IMG/VR virus record: IMGVR_UViG_3300032305_000289
Span: 1 to 38,251 of that record
Source: a virus
Lineage: Duplodnaviria; Caudoviricetes
DNA: 38,251 bases
Strand: one strand, 5' to 3'
Shown: piece after piece, positions 18,571 to 25,539 of the stretch
Layout of the letters: each line of letters starts with the position of its first letter
How positions within the stretch are numbered: position 1 is the first letter of the stretch
Notes under the pieces: generated by a model
Told to the model about the DNA's origin: nothing
Databases searched by the model: none
What the model saw: only the letters and a program-made list of their open reading frames with translations
Position numbers and translations under genes: made by a program

Positions 18571-19468
18571 AAAGACACACCTCGACTTATTCAGTGGGAT
18601 CGGTGGATTTGCCTTGGCAGCAAGGTGGAATGGATATAGAACCCTTGGCTTCTGTGACAACGAACCCTACGCCCAAGCAGTCCTTAAAAAGCACTGGCCA
18701 GACGTGCCGTGCCACAAAGACATCCGCGAAGTACGAGGCGAGCTATACGCAGGAGTCACTCTTCTCACAGGAGGATTCCCTTGCCAGCCATTCAGTGTCG
18801 CTGGGAAGCAAGGAGGCAAGGACGATGACCGCTATCTCTGGCCAGAAATGCTTAGGGTTATACGCGAAGCAAGGCCAACTTGGATCATTGGTGAGAATGT
18901 TGCTGGCATCGTCAACATGGCACTCGACCAAGTGCATACTGACTTGGAAGCAGAAGGCTACGAAGTCGAGTCGATTATTATTCCAGCTTGCGGTGTCGAT
19001 GCGCCGCACAGGAGGAACAGAGTCTGGATTATCGGACGTAACAAAAACAACAATGTGGCCAACGCCGAGAGCTTGCGACCTAGAGGGTGGCGTGAGCAAG
19101 GCAACCAATATGGGGGGGGGATGGTACAGGGAGAATCAAAAGGGAGAAAGGTGGGGAGTCAAGTTGAAGGATGCTGTACATTCTGCGGAGAGGTTATGGC
19201 CAACGCCGAGCAGTCGGGACGGCAAGGGTGGGTACAGGGGGGGGCGAATGAGGAACGGAAAGATCCCCAGGGACACTCTAGATGTTGCTGTACAGCACGA
19301 AGAGAATCAGGGGAAGCAGTCTGGCCAATTGAACCCAGAGTGGGTCGCTTGGCTCATGGGATACCCAACCGAGTGGCTAAATTGCGTGGACTCGGAAATG
19401 CCATCGTCCCGCAAGTCGCGTCAGAAATTATTAGATGCATCAACCAAGTAATGGAGGATAACAAATGA
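18557..19468 (+). CDS. DNA (cytosine-5)-methyltransferase, alpha chain (motifs I-VIII and X)
   Basis: DLFSGIGG (I), GGFPCQPFS (IV), GENV (VI), HRRNRVWII (VIII), LRGLGNAIVPQV (X); no motif IX in this frame. Start TTG 18557 or GTG 18563. Confidence 0.92.
   Translation: MKVNEKTHLDLFSGIGGFALAARWNGYRTLGFCDNEPYAQAVLKKHWPDVPCHKDIREVRGELYAGVTLLTGGFPCQPFSVAGKQGGKDDDRYLWPEMLRVIREARPTWIIGENVAGIVNMALDQVHTDLEAEGYEVESIIIPACGVDAPHRRNRVWIIGRNKNNNVANAESLRPRGWREQGNQYGGGMVQGESKGRKVGSQVEGCCTFCGEVMANAEQSGRQGWVQGGANEERKDPQGHSRCCCTARRESGEAVWPIEPRVGRLAHGIPNRVAKLRGLGNAIVPQVASEIIRCINQVMEDNK
18567..19451 (+). CDS. Overlapping +1-frame C5-MTase beta chain (TRD modules and motif IX)
   Basis: 294-codon open frame nested in alpha; two WPTP...L..AV modules and GQLNPEWVAWLMGYPTEW (motif IX-like); ATGA coupling to the upstream gene. 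Confidence 0.75.
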   Translation: MKRHTSTYSVGSVDLPWQQGGMDIEPLASVTTNPTPKQSLKSTGQTCRATKTSAKYEASYTQESLFSQEDSLASHSVSLGSKEARTMTAISGQKCLGLYAKQGQLGSLVRMLLASSTWHSTKCILTWKQKATKSSRLLFQLAVSMRRTGGTESGLSDVTKTTMWPTPRACDLEGGVSKATNMGGGWYRENQKGERWGVKLKDAVHSAERLWPTPSSRDGKGGYRGGRMRNGKIPRDTLDVAVQHEENQGKQSGQLNPEWVAWLMGYPTEWLNCVDSEMPSSRKSRQKLLDASTK

Positions 19469-19659
19469 ATGTAATTAAAGAATGGATTCTTGTAGGCGCA
19501 GGGCTGGCAATAGGGAGATTATTGGTTGCAGGAGCAGCTTGTATTCTGACTGTGCTAGTTCTGGTTATTTTATACTGGACTTTTTATTGGGTAATGGGGT
19601 TTATAATATGGATGAAAGACAGAAAAAGGAGAAAACAAAATGAAACTATGGATCAATAA
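19465..19659 (+). CDS. Small membrane protein
   Basis: GGAGG RBS; long hydrophobic stretch followed by a basic tail. Confidence 0.65.
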   Translation: MNVIKEWILVGAGLAIGRLLVAGAACILTVLVLVILYWTFYWVMGFIIWMKDRKRRKQNETMDQ

Positions 19660-20746
19660 CACCAACTCAATCCACAAGGTGGATGACAACCTACTTCACA
19701 CTCGCAACACCTACGTAATCCCAGACGAGCTAACTGGTGCGCTCTGGGATGATGCTGTGCCCTGTCCTCATAAGATTAAACCATACGCCAAGGGCAGGGC
19801 AGCAGGCGGAGCTACCGCAGTGTACCGCGCTGGGGCAATCGGGGATGCTGTCATCGCTACCGCATTCGTTAACTACTTGGTGCAGGAGTCGGGAGGAGTG
19901 GTGGATGTTTACGCCCCTGCTCGCAACTTACCGCTGTACGCTGGCATAGGTGCAAAGCTGTTCCCATTACCTTGCACGCTGGAGGCGTGGGATTCGTATG
20001 ATTGTCACTTACCCACCGATGACCTGTTCAGTGGTCAGGTAGGTAATACCAAGCTGGGTACTGGCGGTGGCAACTGCTACCAGCGTATCTACGAGTGGAT
20101 GGGTGTGTGGGATGAGAAGACGATGGCGAAGTATTGCAGGCCGAATCTGTACCTAATTGAACCAGATCACGAAGAGTTAAAGGCGATGGGTAAGTGGCCA
20201 CTGCCAGACCCATACTTCGCTTATCATGTATCTTCGAGTGGACCAACCCGCACCTACCCGCCAGCTATGGGGCAACAGGCAGTGCTGGCATTGCTGGAAG
20301 CTTACCCCAAGCATCACGCCGTTATCATCGGCCTAGACAACGCAAACAATTTTAAGGTGGATCACCCTCGTGTGATTGACTTGTTCAATACGACCAAAGC
20401 TATCCGTTCCTTGTTCCCTGTGGTAGCTAACGCTGACTTTGTGGTGGCTCCAGATAGCTCAGTCAACCATATCGCAGCGGGGTTAGATACGCCGTGCGTG
20501 TCGCTGTGGGGTTCCTACGATCCAGCGGATCGCATGACTTACTATCCCAAGAACGTGTCGATATTCAAACCCGATACTTGCCCACACTCACCTTGCCGTC
20601 CTCATGCTGGCTTGCCACAAGCGAAGTGTAAGGATGCGAGTAATAAAACCCCTCGAACACAATACTGGTGCAATGCTCTACGAAACATTACGGCGGAAGA
20701 TATTGTTGTTGCATCGCGCAAGGCGATGGAGCTAGAACCGAAGTAA
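19640..20746 (+). CDS. Glycosyltransferase, GT-B fold (GT9 heptosyltransferase-like)
   Basis: R.GAIGDAVI, ADFVVAPDSSVNHIAAGLDTPCVSLWG, C..SPC near C-terminus. Confidence 0.85.
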   Translation: MKLWINNTNSIHKVDDNLLHTRNTYVIPDELTGALWDDAVPCPHKIKPYAKGRAAGGATAVYRAGAIGDAVIATAFVNYLVQESGGVVDVYAPARNLPLYAGIGAKLFPLPCTLEAWDSYDCHLPTDDLFSGQVGNTKLGTGGGNCYQRIYEWMGVWDEKTMAKYCRPNLYLIEPDHEELKAMGKWPLPDPYFAYHVSSSGPTRTYPPAMGQQAVLALLEAYPKHHAVIIGLDNANNFKVDHPRVIDLFNTTKAIRSLFPVVANADFVVAPDSSVNHIAAGLDTPCVSLWGSYDPADRMTYYPKNVSIFKPDTCPHSPCRPHAGLPQAKCKDASNKTPRTQYWCNALRNITAEDIVVASRKAMELEPK

Positions 20747-20764
20747 GAAAGAATCGGAAACCGC

Positions 20765-20792
20765 TTGCGGTTGGTTTTGTTTTTGTTACTTT
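20765..20792 (+). promoter_or_regulatory. Possible extended -10 leaderless promoter
   Basis: TTGCGG-16-TACTTT (preceded by TGt)-6 nt-ATG 20799. Confidence 0.45.
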
Positions 20793-20798
20793 TGCTAA

Positions 20799-21386
20799 AT
20801 GAAAACATGCTGTGATTGTAAGATAAGTAAGAATAATTCTGAGTTTTGGTTGCAGAAAACAACCAAGGACGGGATGCAGTCAGACTGCAAAAAATGCTCG
20901 TCAAAGAAAGTTATGCTCTGGAAATCTCTCAATCCAGAAGCCAGAAAAAGATACCATAACAATTGGAGATTTAGAAATTTAAATCAATCTAGGGCGGGTA
21001 CTATATTCCGCGACATAAGAAGAAGGTCCAACAAGCTTTTAATACCAACAGATATAGATAGAGATTTTATATTGCAAAAACTTACAAATGGTAAGTGCGA
21101 GATAACTGGCATTAAATTTGATATAATAAGTAAAGGAAGACCAAGCTCAAGAAGTCCATCATTGGACAGAATAGTACCCAAGCTTGGCTATATTAAATCG
21201 AATGTAAGAATGATTTTGTTTGCTATGAATACATTCAAGAATGAATGGATGGATAAAGATATTTACCCAATAGCAAAAGAATTTTGTCGCTATTATGAGG
21301 ATGTTAGTGGTAGAAATAAATTAAGTTCGGGGAATGGTACGCAGGGAGATCCTGCGGCGGGATATTCCTCAGTGTGTTCCTCTTGA
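20799..21386 (+). CDS. Free-standing HNH-like (homing) endonuclease
   Basis: N-terminal C..C...C..C finger; C..TG...SLDRI.P..GY...NV......N..K; visibly AT-richer than neighbours. Confidence 0.7.
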   Translation: MKTCCDCKISKNNSEFWLQKTTKDGMQSDCKKCSSKKVMLWKSLNPEARKRYHNNWRFRNLNQSRAGTIFRDIRRRSNKLLIPTDIDRDFILQKLTNGKCEITGIKFDIISKGRPSSRSPSLDRIVPKLGYIKSNVRMILFAMNTFKNEWMDKDIYPIAKEFCRYYEDVSGRNKLSSGNGTQGDPAAGYSSVCSS

Positions 21387-21405
21387 AACAAACTCGAACT
21401 TAATT
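21319..21405 (+). ncRNA. Putative structured RNA (multi-branch) upstream of primase
   Basis: 13-bp closing stem AATTAAGTTCGGG/CTCGAACTTAATT; inner hairpin CGCAGG-GAGAT-CCTGCG; weaker inner stems. No known family recognised. Confidence 0.5.
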
Positions 21406-21409
21406 ATTT

Positions 21410-22342
21410 ATGATGACACCACAACGCATCGCTGAATCAATAGTCGGGGAAGTAGATTGGCAGTCCGAGAATCACGGGCTGTGCAAGTGTCCAGGTGAAG
21501 CTGCACATACCAGCCACACCAGAGTCAGGGATACCACAGTCTTTATTGACGGCGCACCTACGATATTCTGCTGGCACTCCTCATGCACGCCATACCGAGA
21601 TGAGGCCAACCGCAAGCTTAGGCGTGCTATATCCAGCGACCCGCTATACAAACCCACCAACATCATGTCGGGTGGTACTTCGATACCAAGGCCCTTGGTA
21701 ATACAGAAAGATCCAGAGTCAGAAGTACTCGACCGCATTAAGACTATCGCAGAGTCAAACAAGCAACGCTATCTCACGCACTACAATTGGGACCCTGCGG
21801 ATATGTTCGAGGAATCGCCTAACCCCATACCAGACGAGCCACAAGCGCAGTACGAGGCAATGTTGTCGCTGTTCCGACCAGATGACATAGTGTGGATAGG
21901 TGGAGTCAAGGATAGTGGGAATCACCCACTTCACTTCAAGACCGCAAGCGAGTGGATGCAGACACCGCCCATCGGTCAGTTTACGACCGCTGGGGTGTTT
22001 GCGGCTGGTACTATCAGCCGAGCCAATGAGAATGTTATTACACGCCGTTACCTAGTCATTGAATCAGACACGCTGACTAAGCCAGAGATGGGCGCGGTGT
22101 TCCAACTGATGCGCGATCTATTTAAGATGAAGTTGTACGCCGTTGTAGATACTGCTGGGAAGAGTTTGCATGGTTGGCTGGAGATGCCCAAGCAAGAATG
22201 GTTTGATCAACTTAAAGCTTTCCTTATCCCGCTAGGGTGCGACCCTGCTACCTTCAAACCAAGTCAGCCAGTACGGATGCCAGGTGTAAAAAGAAACGAC
22301 AAAACGCAGAGTCTTTTATGGTTCTGCCAAGGAGGAAAGTAA
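21410..22342 (+). CDS. AEP-superfamily primase with N-terminal Zn-binding domain
   Basis: C.CP....H...CWHSSC; YLVIESD (motif I), DTAGKSLHGW (II), SQPVRMPG. Confidence 0.8.
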   Translation: MMTPQRIAESIVGEVDWQSENHGLCKCPGEAAHTSHTRVRDTTVFIDGAPTIFCWHSSCTPYRDEANRKLRRAISSDPLYKPTNIMSGGTSIPRPLVIQKDPESEVLDRIKTIAESNKQRYLTHYNWDPADMFEESPNPIPDEPQAQYEAMLSLFRPDDIVWIGGVKDSGNHPLHFKTASEWMQTPPIGQFTTAGVFAAGTISRANENVITRRYLVIESDTLTKPEMGAVFQLMRDLFKMKLYAVVDTAGKSLHGWLEMPKQEWFDQLKAFLIPLGCDPATFKPSQPVRMPGVKRNDKTQSLLWFCQGGK

Positions 22343-22343
22343 G

Positions 22344-23360
22344 ATGATTGAACCAGCAGTAGCACTAGGAATTAAACCCAAGACGGACGAGTGGCCGCCG
22401 ATTAAACGCTATGATGAACTAATGGTGGAGAAGCTACCAGAGCCAGAGATTCTAATCGCTGGCATCTTGCATCAAGGGGGCAAGTTGTTGCTAGGTGGAG
22501 GCAGTAAGTCTTTCAAGTCTTGGGCACTCATTGATCTCGCCTTGTCGATACAGGTGGGTGGGTTGTGGTGGGGGCAGCAGTGCAAGCGTGCGAAGGTGCT
22601 GTTCATTAACTTTGAGATTCAAGAGTGGAGTTTCCGTAATCGTCTAGCTGATGTAGTGAAGGCAAAGAACCTAACCCAAGATCAAGTGGCTGACTTCGAT
22701 GTGTGGACGTTGCGGGGTTACGCCGCCGACTTGACAACTATCAGACCTATCATCGAGAAGCAGATTGAGGGTAAGGGATACCAGGCGATCATTCTTGACC
22801 CTAATTATATGCTTATGGGTGATCGCGATGAGAATAACGCTGGTGACATGGCAAATTTGATGAATGAGTTTGAGGTTCTGGCAGTTAGACACAATCTTTC
22901 TGTCATATTGTCACATCATTTTGGCAAAGGAAACAAGAGTAATTCGGAATCTATTGACAGATTCAGCGGGTCAGGTGTCTTTGCACGCAATCCAGACTCG
23001 CTCGTAGTCCTTACGGCACATGAGGAGGATGAGAGGAGCTTTACTTGTGAGGTCACGCTGAGGAACTTCCCACCTTTAGACAGCTTTGTGGTGCAATGGC
23101 ACTACCCACTATTCTTGACCAACTATTGCCTAAACCCAGACAATTTAAAGAAGGCTGGAGCGCACAAAGCGATCAACGATTCGGACCTACTAAAAGCAAT
23201 GGGTAGCAAAGCTTGGGTAGCAAATGACTTGGTTAAAACGATGGCAGAAAAGATGGAAGTTTCGGACAGGACTGTTTATAGGTACATTAAGAGGCTGACA
23301 AACGCTGGCAAGATCGTGATAGACAACGGCTTCTATTCTGCCAACCAAGCTACTTTCTAG
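22344..23360 (+). CDS. RepA-like (AAA_25, RecA-fold) replicative helicase with C-terminal HTH
   Basis: GGSKSFKS Walker A; FINFE; IILDP Walker B; SHHFGKG; SGSG; VSDRTVYRYI HTH. Confidence 0.88.
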   Translation: MIEPAVALGIKPKTDEWPPIKRYDELMVEKLPEPEILIAGILHQGGKLLLGGGSKSFKSWALIDLALSIQVGGLWWGQQCKRAKVLFINFEIQEWSFRNRLADVVKAKNLTQDQVADFDVWTLRGYAADLTTIRPIIEKQIEGKGYQAIILDPNYMLMGDRDENNAGDMANLMNEFEVLAVRHNLSVILSHHFGKGNKSNSESIDRFSGSGVFARNPDSLVVLTAHEEDERSFTCEVTLRNFPPLDSFVVQWHYPLFLTNYCLNPDNLKKAGAHKAINDSDLLKAMGSKAWVANDLVKTMAEKMEVSDRTVYRYIKRLTNAGKIVIDNGFYSANQATF

Positions 23361-23363
23361 TCG

Positions 23364-23480
23364 CTGACAAAGGTACTGCCAAAGGCACTGACATCTAAGG
23401 TATGACAGACCCCTATAGTACATATAGAAATACAATCTGCAAAGGAGAGGGGGAAAGGCTCCCTGAATCCGCCTTCCCCC
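23364..23480. repeat. Iteron-like repeats, AT-rich patch and GC hairpin (candidate origin)
   Basis: CTGACAAAGG/CTGCCAAAGG/CTGACATCTAAGG/ATGACAG at 23364, 23376, 23388, 23402; hairpin 23449-23480. Confidence 0.45.
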
Positions 23481-23543
23481 CAGCCGATCCGAAGCAGCCT
23501 TGAGCGTGTATTTAAAAAAACAAATGGCATCGCGGTCGGCGTG

Positions 23544-23552
23544 TGATAAAGT
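23544..23552 (+). promoter_or_regulatory. Extended -10 leaderless promoter candidate
   Basis: TG-A-TAAAGT then 6 nt to ATG 23559. Confidence 0.45.
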
Positions 23553-23558
23553 GTGCAA

Positions 23559-23693
23559 ATGAATAAATCAAAACCTGGTCTGTATGCAAATATCAACGCC
23601 CGCCGTAAGGCAGGCACTAGCCGTCCTAAATCCGAAAGCACAATCAAACCGAAGGTGTGGCGTATGATGAAGGCAAAGAAGGGTACGTTCTGA
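23559..23693 (+). CDS. Small basic protein (GLYANI motif; not in ORF track)
   Basis: MNKSKPGLYANINARRKAGTSRPKSESTIKPKVWRMMKAKKGTF*. Confidence 0.7.
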   Translation: MNKSKPGLYANINARRKAGTSRPKSESTIKPKVWRMMKAKKGTF

Positions 23694-23968
23694 GCCAAGA
23701 TAGGGATGAGTTGAAGCTGGCTCACAAGTTTATCAGTCTGCTGCAACTGGAGAACGCCAAGTTACATGGCGTGGTTAGGTTGCTAGGTGGCCTAGTGGAC
23801 GACATGGAGGCCAACTGCTCCTATGAGGTCTTCGAGGCTCAGTGGGAGGGGTTGACTACGCATATTAAGGGCTTGTCGGAATTCTTTTGCACACACCAGA
23901 AGGCACTACAATCGTTGCAGGAGGCTTGCCCTGCGGTTTGGGATCAAGATGAAGTGGACGAAACGTGA
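23657..23968 (+). CDS. Hypothetical protein
   Basis: 103-aa ORF; start uncertain; GTGA-coupled to next gene. Confidence 0.55.
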   Translation: MAYDEGKEGYVLSQDRDELKLAHKFISLLQLENAKLHGVVRLLGGLVDDMEANCSYEVFEAQWEGLTTHIKGLSEFFCTHQKALQSLQEACPAVWDQDEVDET

Positions 23969-24201
23969 ATACCCAAGATTTACCCTGTAACAGCCCAAGG
24001 CGTACCCCTGGGGGACCTAAAAAATTTGTAGTCCGTGCTTGTAAGGATGGTGAGAGCAAGACAATCCGCTACGGAGACCCCAAGATGACCATCAAGAAGG
24101 GCAATCCAGCTAGGCGCAAGAGTTTCAGAGCTAGGCACAAGTGTGACAGCAATCCACCGAGCAAGCTGACTGCTAGGCACTGGTCTTGTAAGAACTGGTG
24201 A
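23965..24201 (+). CDS. Small basic Cys/His phage protein
   Basis: KKFVV...IRYGDP.M.IK...RRKSFRARHKC....ARHWSC..W pattern, which I recall from environmental phages. Confidence 0.7.
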   Translation: MNTQDLPCNSPRRTPGGPKKFVVRACKDGESKTIRYGDPKMTIKKGNPARRKSFRARHKCDSNPPSKLTARHWSCKNW

Positions 24202-24347
24202 TGACTGCGACCAAAAAAACACGCCACAATGCCCCTAGAGCGTCCAAGGATGCCACTAGAAATCGTTTTAAAGGCAAATCTTGTGCTACGTACGTTCCAA
24301 ACAGACCTCTAGGCAACCGAGCGTGTTGTTGCCGTATCGGTCGCTAG
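24201..24347 (+). CDS. Possible small basic protein
   Basis: TGATG coupling; 48 aa; no recognisable motif. Confidence 0.3.
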   Translation: MTATKKTRHNAPRASKDATRNRFKGKSCATYVPNRPLGNRACCCRIGR

Positions 24348-24366
24348 GCTTCCGTTTATATAGCCC

Positions 24367-24543
24367 TTATACACCCCTTATAGCCTGCGCTTCCGTTTTC
24401 TTGCGCTCCCGATAGTTAGCCCACCGAACGGACACCATCTTCTGATAGTGTTGCCTGGTCTTGACCTTTGTGGGACCCTTTACGCTCCCGCCTTTACGTC
24501 CGATGGTTGCGAAGTACTCCCGAATGATCTGTTCCTTGTCCAT
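24367..24543 (-). CDS. Small basic putative DNA-binding protein with IGRKGG motif (not in ORF track)
   Basis: GGGAGG RBS; MDKEQIIREYFATIGRKGGSVKGPTKVKTRQHYQKMVSVRWANYRERKKTEAQAIRGV*. Confidence 0.7.
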   Translation of the reverse strand: MDKEQIIREYFATIGRKGGSVKGPTKVKTRQHYQKMVSVRWANYRERKKTEAQAIRGV

Positions 24544-24685
24544 AAAGTTATTCCTCCCGCGAGAATATCTGTGCTTCCGTTTTTACATACCCCTTATGCA
24601 TCTCGCCCGCATAAAGGCTACGCTGCCGTTTGAATAGCTCACTTGGGCGAGCCATTGCAAGACATTCCCGCGCCAAGGGTAGAAC

Positions 24686-24829
24686 TTAGTTGCCGTTAGC
24701 CAGATCATCCAAGTACTGCTCTTCAAGCTCTTTACTGCTTGGCATTGAGCGTAACCGATTCTCTTCTAATTCGACTAGCTCCTCGTTAGTTCTCTCGGGT
24801 CTTGCCATATATTTATTCTTCTTTTTCAT
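24686..24829 (-). CDS. Small early protein (not in ORF track)
   Basis: AAAGGA RBS; MKKKNKYMARPERTNEELVELEENRLRSMPSSKELEEQYLDDLANGN*. Confidence 0.6.
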   Translation of the reverse strand: MKKKNKYMARPERTNEELVELEENRLRSMPSSKELEEQYLDDLANGN

Positions 24830-24912
24830 ATGTCATTTTCCTTTATAGTTCCACGCTCCCGCTTAGGGCTGCGCTTCCGTTTGTAGGATGCCTGGACTAT
24901 CGTCCAAGATCA

Positions 24913-24950
24913 TTCCTCCGCTTCCCTCCGTGACGAGGGAAGACGAGGAA
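24913..24950 (-). other. Intergenic bulged hairpin after stop codon
   Basis: UUCCUCGUCUUCCCUC-GUCACG-GAGGGAAGCGGAGGAA on - strand. Confidence 0.6.
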
Positions 24951-24956
24951 GGACGT

Positions 24957-25181
24957 TTACTCACAATGCCGATATTTGTCCCAAGGATAATTTGACCAAG
25001 TACTTTCGGCGTGCTTTATTGCGTCATCTTTTTGGTCGAAAAACCTTTTCTCCATTGGATCTATTGCCAAACAATTTTTGTAAGTTGCCGAAATCCATCC
25101 ACCATTTTCACCTCCGTAGGTGCTGGATGGGTAAGCGTAAAACACGCATCTTGTTTGTGTTGCCATTTTCTGTTCTGTCAT
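24957..25181 (-). CDS. Early hypothetical protein
   Basis: GAAAGGA RBS; leader identical over 19 nt to that of the 24829 gene. Confidence 0.7.
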   Translation of the reverse strand: MTEQKMATQTRCVFYAYPSSTYGGENGGWISATYKNCLAIDPMEKRFFDQKDDAIKHAESTWSNYPWDKYRHCE

Positions 25182-25233
25182 ATGTCATTTTCCTTTCATT
25201 CTGTTTCTTTAGGTTTCGTTCTATCGAACTTGA

Positions 25234-25267
25234 CCTCTCCCGCCCTCATTGACGAGGACGGACGAGG
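25234..25267 (-). other. Intergenic bulged hairpin after stop codon (homolog of 24913-24950)
   Basis: CCUCGUCCGUCCUC-GUCAAU-GAGGGCGGGAGAGG on - strand. Confidence 0.6.
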
Positions 25268-25273
25268 GAAAGC

Positions 25274-25369
25274 TTATTCCATTACCGCATGAACAACGGC
25301 CAACACTAAGCCAGCGCCAACAAGCAATCCGACAACATAGGCGCCGAGGATTTTATTGAGTGTGCTCAT
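25274..25369 (-). CDS. 31-aa membrane peptide (not in ORF track)
   Basis: GGAGGAG RBS; ATGA coupling; MSTLNKILGAYVVGLLVGAGLVLAVVHAVME*. Confidence 0.65.
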   Translation of the reverse strand: MSTLNKILGAYVVGLLVGAGLVLAVVHAVME

Positions 25370-25539
25370 TTTTGATTCTCCTCCTTTCTCATTGGGTTCA
25401 TTATCCATTCACCTCTAAGTGTTCTGATCTCGCAACCGCTCCACTCCATATCGTTTCGCAGTAGCCAGCGATGAGCAGAGGCACAAGAGGAGAACTTCTT
25501 CAGCATTTTTCCGTTGGTGTTGTAGATGCCCCAAGTCAT
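25366..25539 (-). CDS. Early hypothetical protein
   Basis: Start reassigned to ATG 25539 (ATGA overlap with Ocr-like stop; AAGGAG RBS). Confidence 0.65.
   Translation of the reverse strand: MTWGIYNTNGKMLKKFSSCASAHRWLLRNDMEWSGCEIRTLRGEWIMNPMRKEENQK

Larger units (their letters stand above)
24344..24882. repeat. Five dispersed copies of 14-nt motif CTRNGCTKCCGTTT
   Basis: 24344-24357, 24385-24398, 24569-24582, 24618-24631, 24869-24882. Confidence 0.8.

Noticed and set aside
18557-19468. MTase as a simple frameshifted pseudogene or sequencing error
   Set aside because: Both frames are open end to end, and restoring one ORF would need two compensating shifts flanking the TRD/motif IX; a dual-frame precedent exists.
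21319-21405. Self-cleaving ribozyme or intrinsic terminator
   Set aside because: No hammerhead CUGAnGA core or other ribozyme core recognised; multi-branch shape and no U-tract.
24344-24882. Mini CRISPR array
   Set aside because: Repeats are only 14 nt, degenerate and irregularly spaced (41-251 nt start to start); no cas operon. The Cas4-like gene is a typical phage exonuclease.
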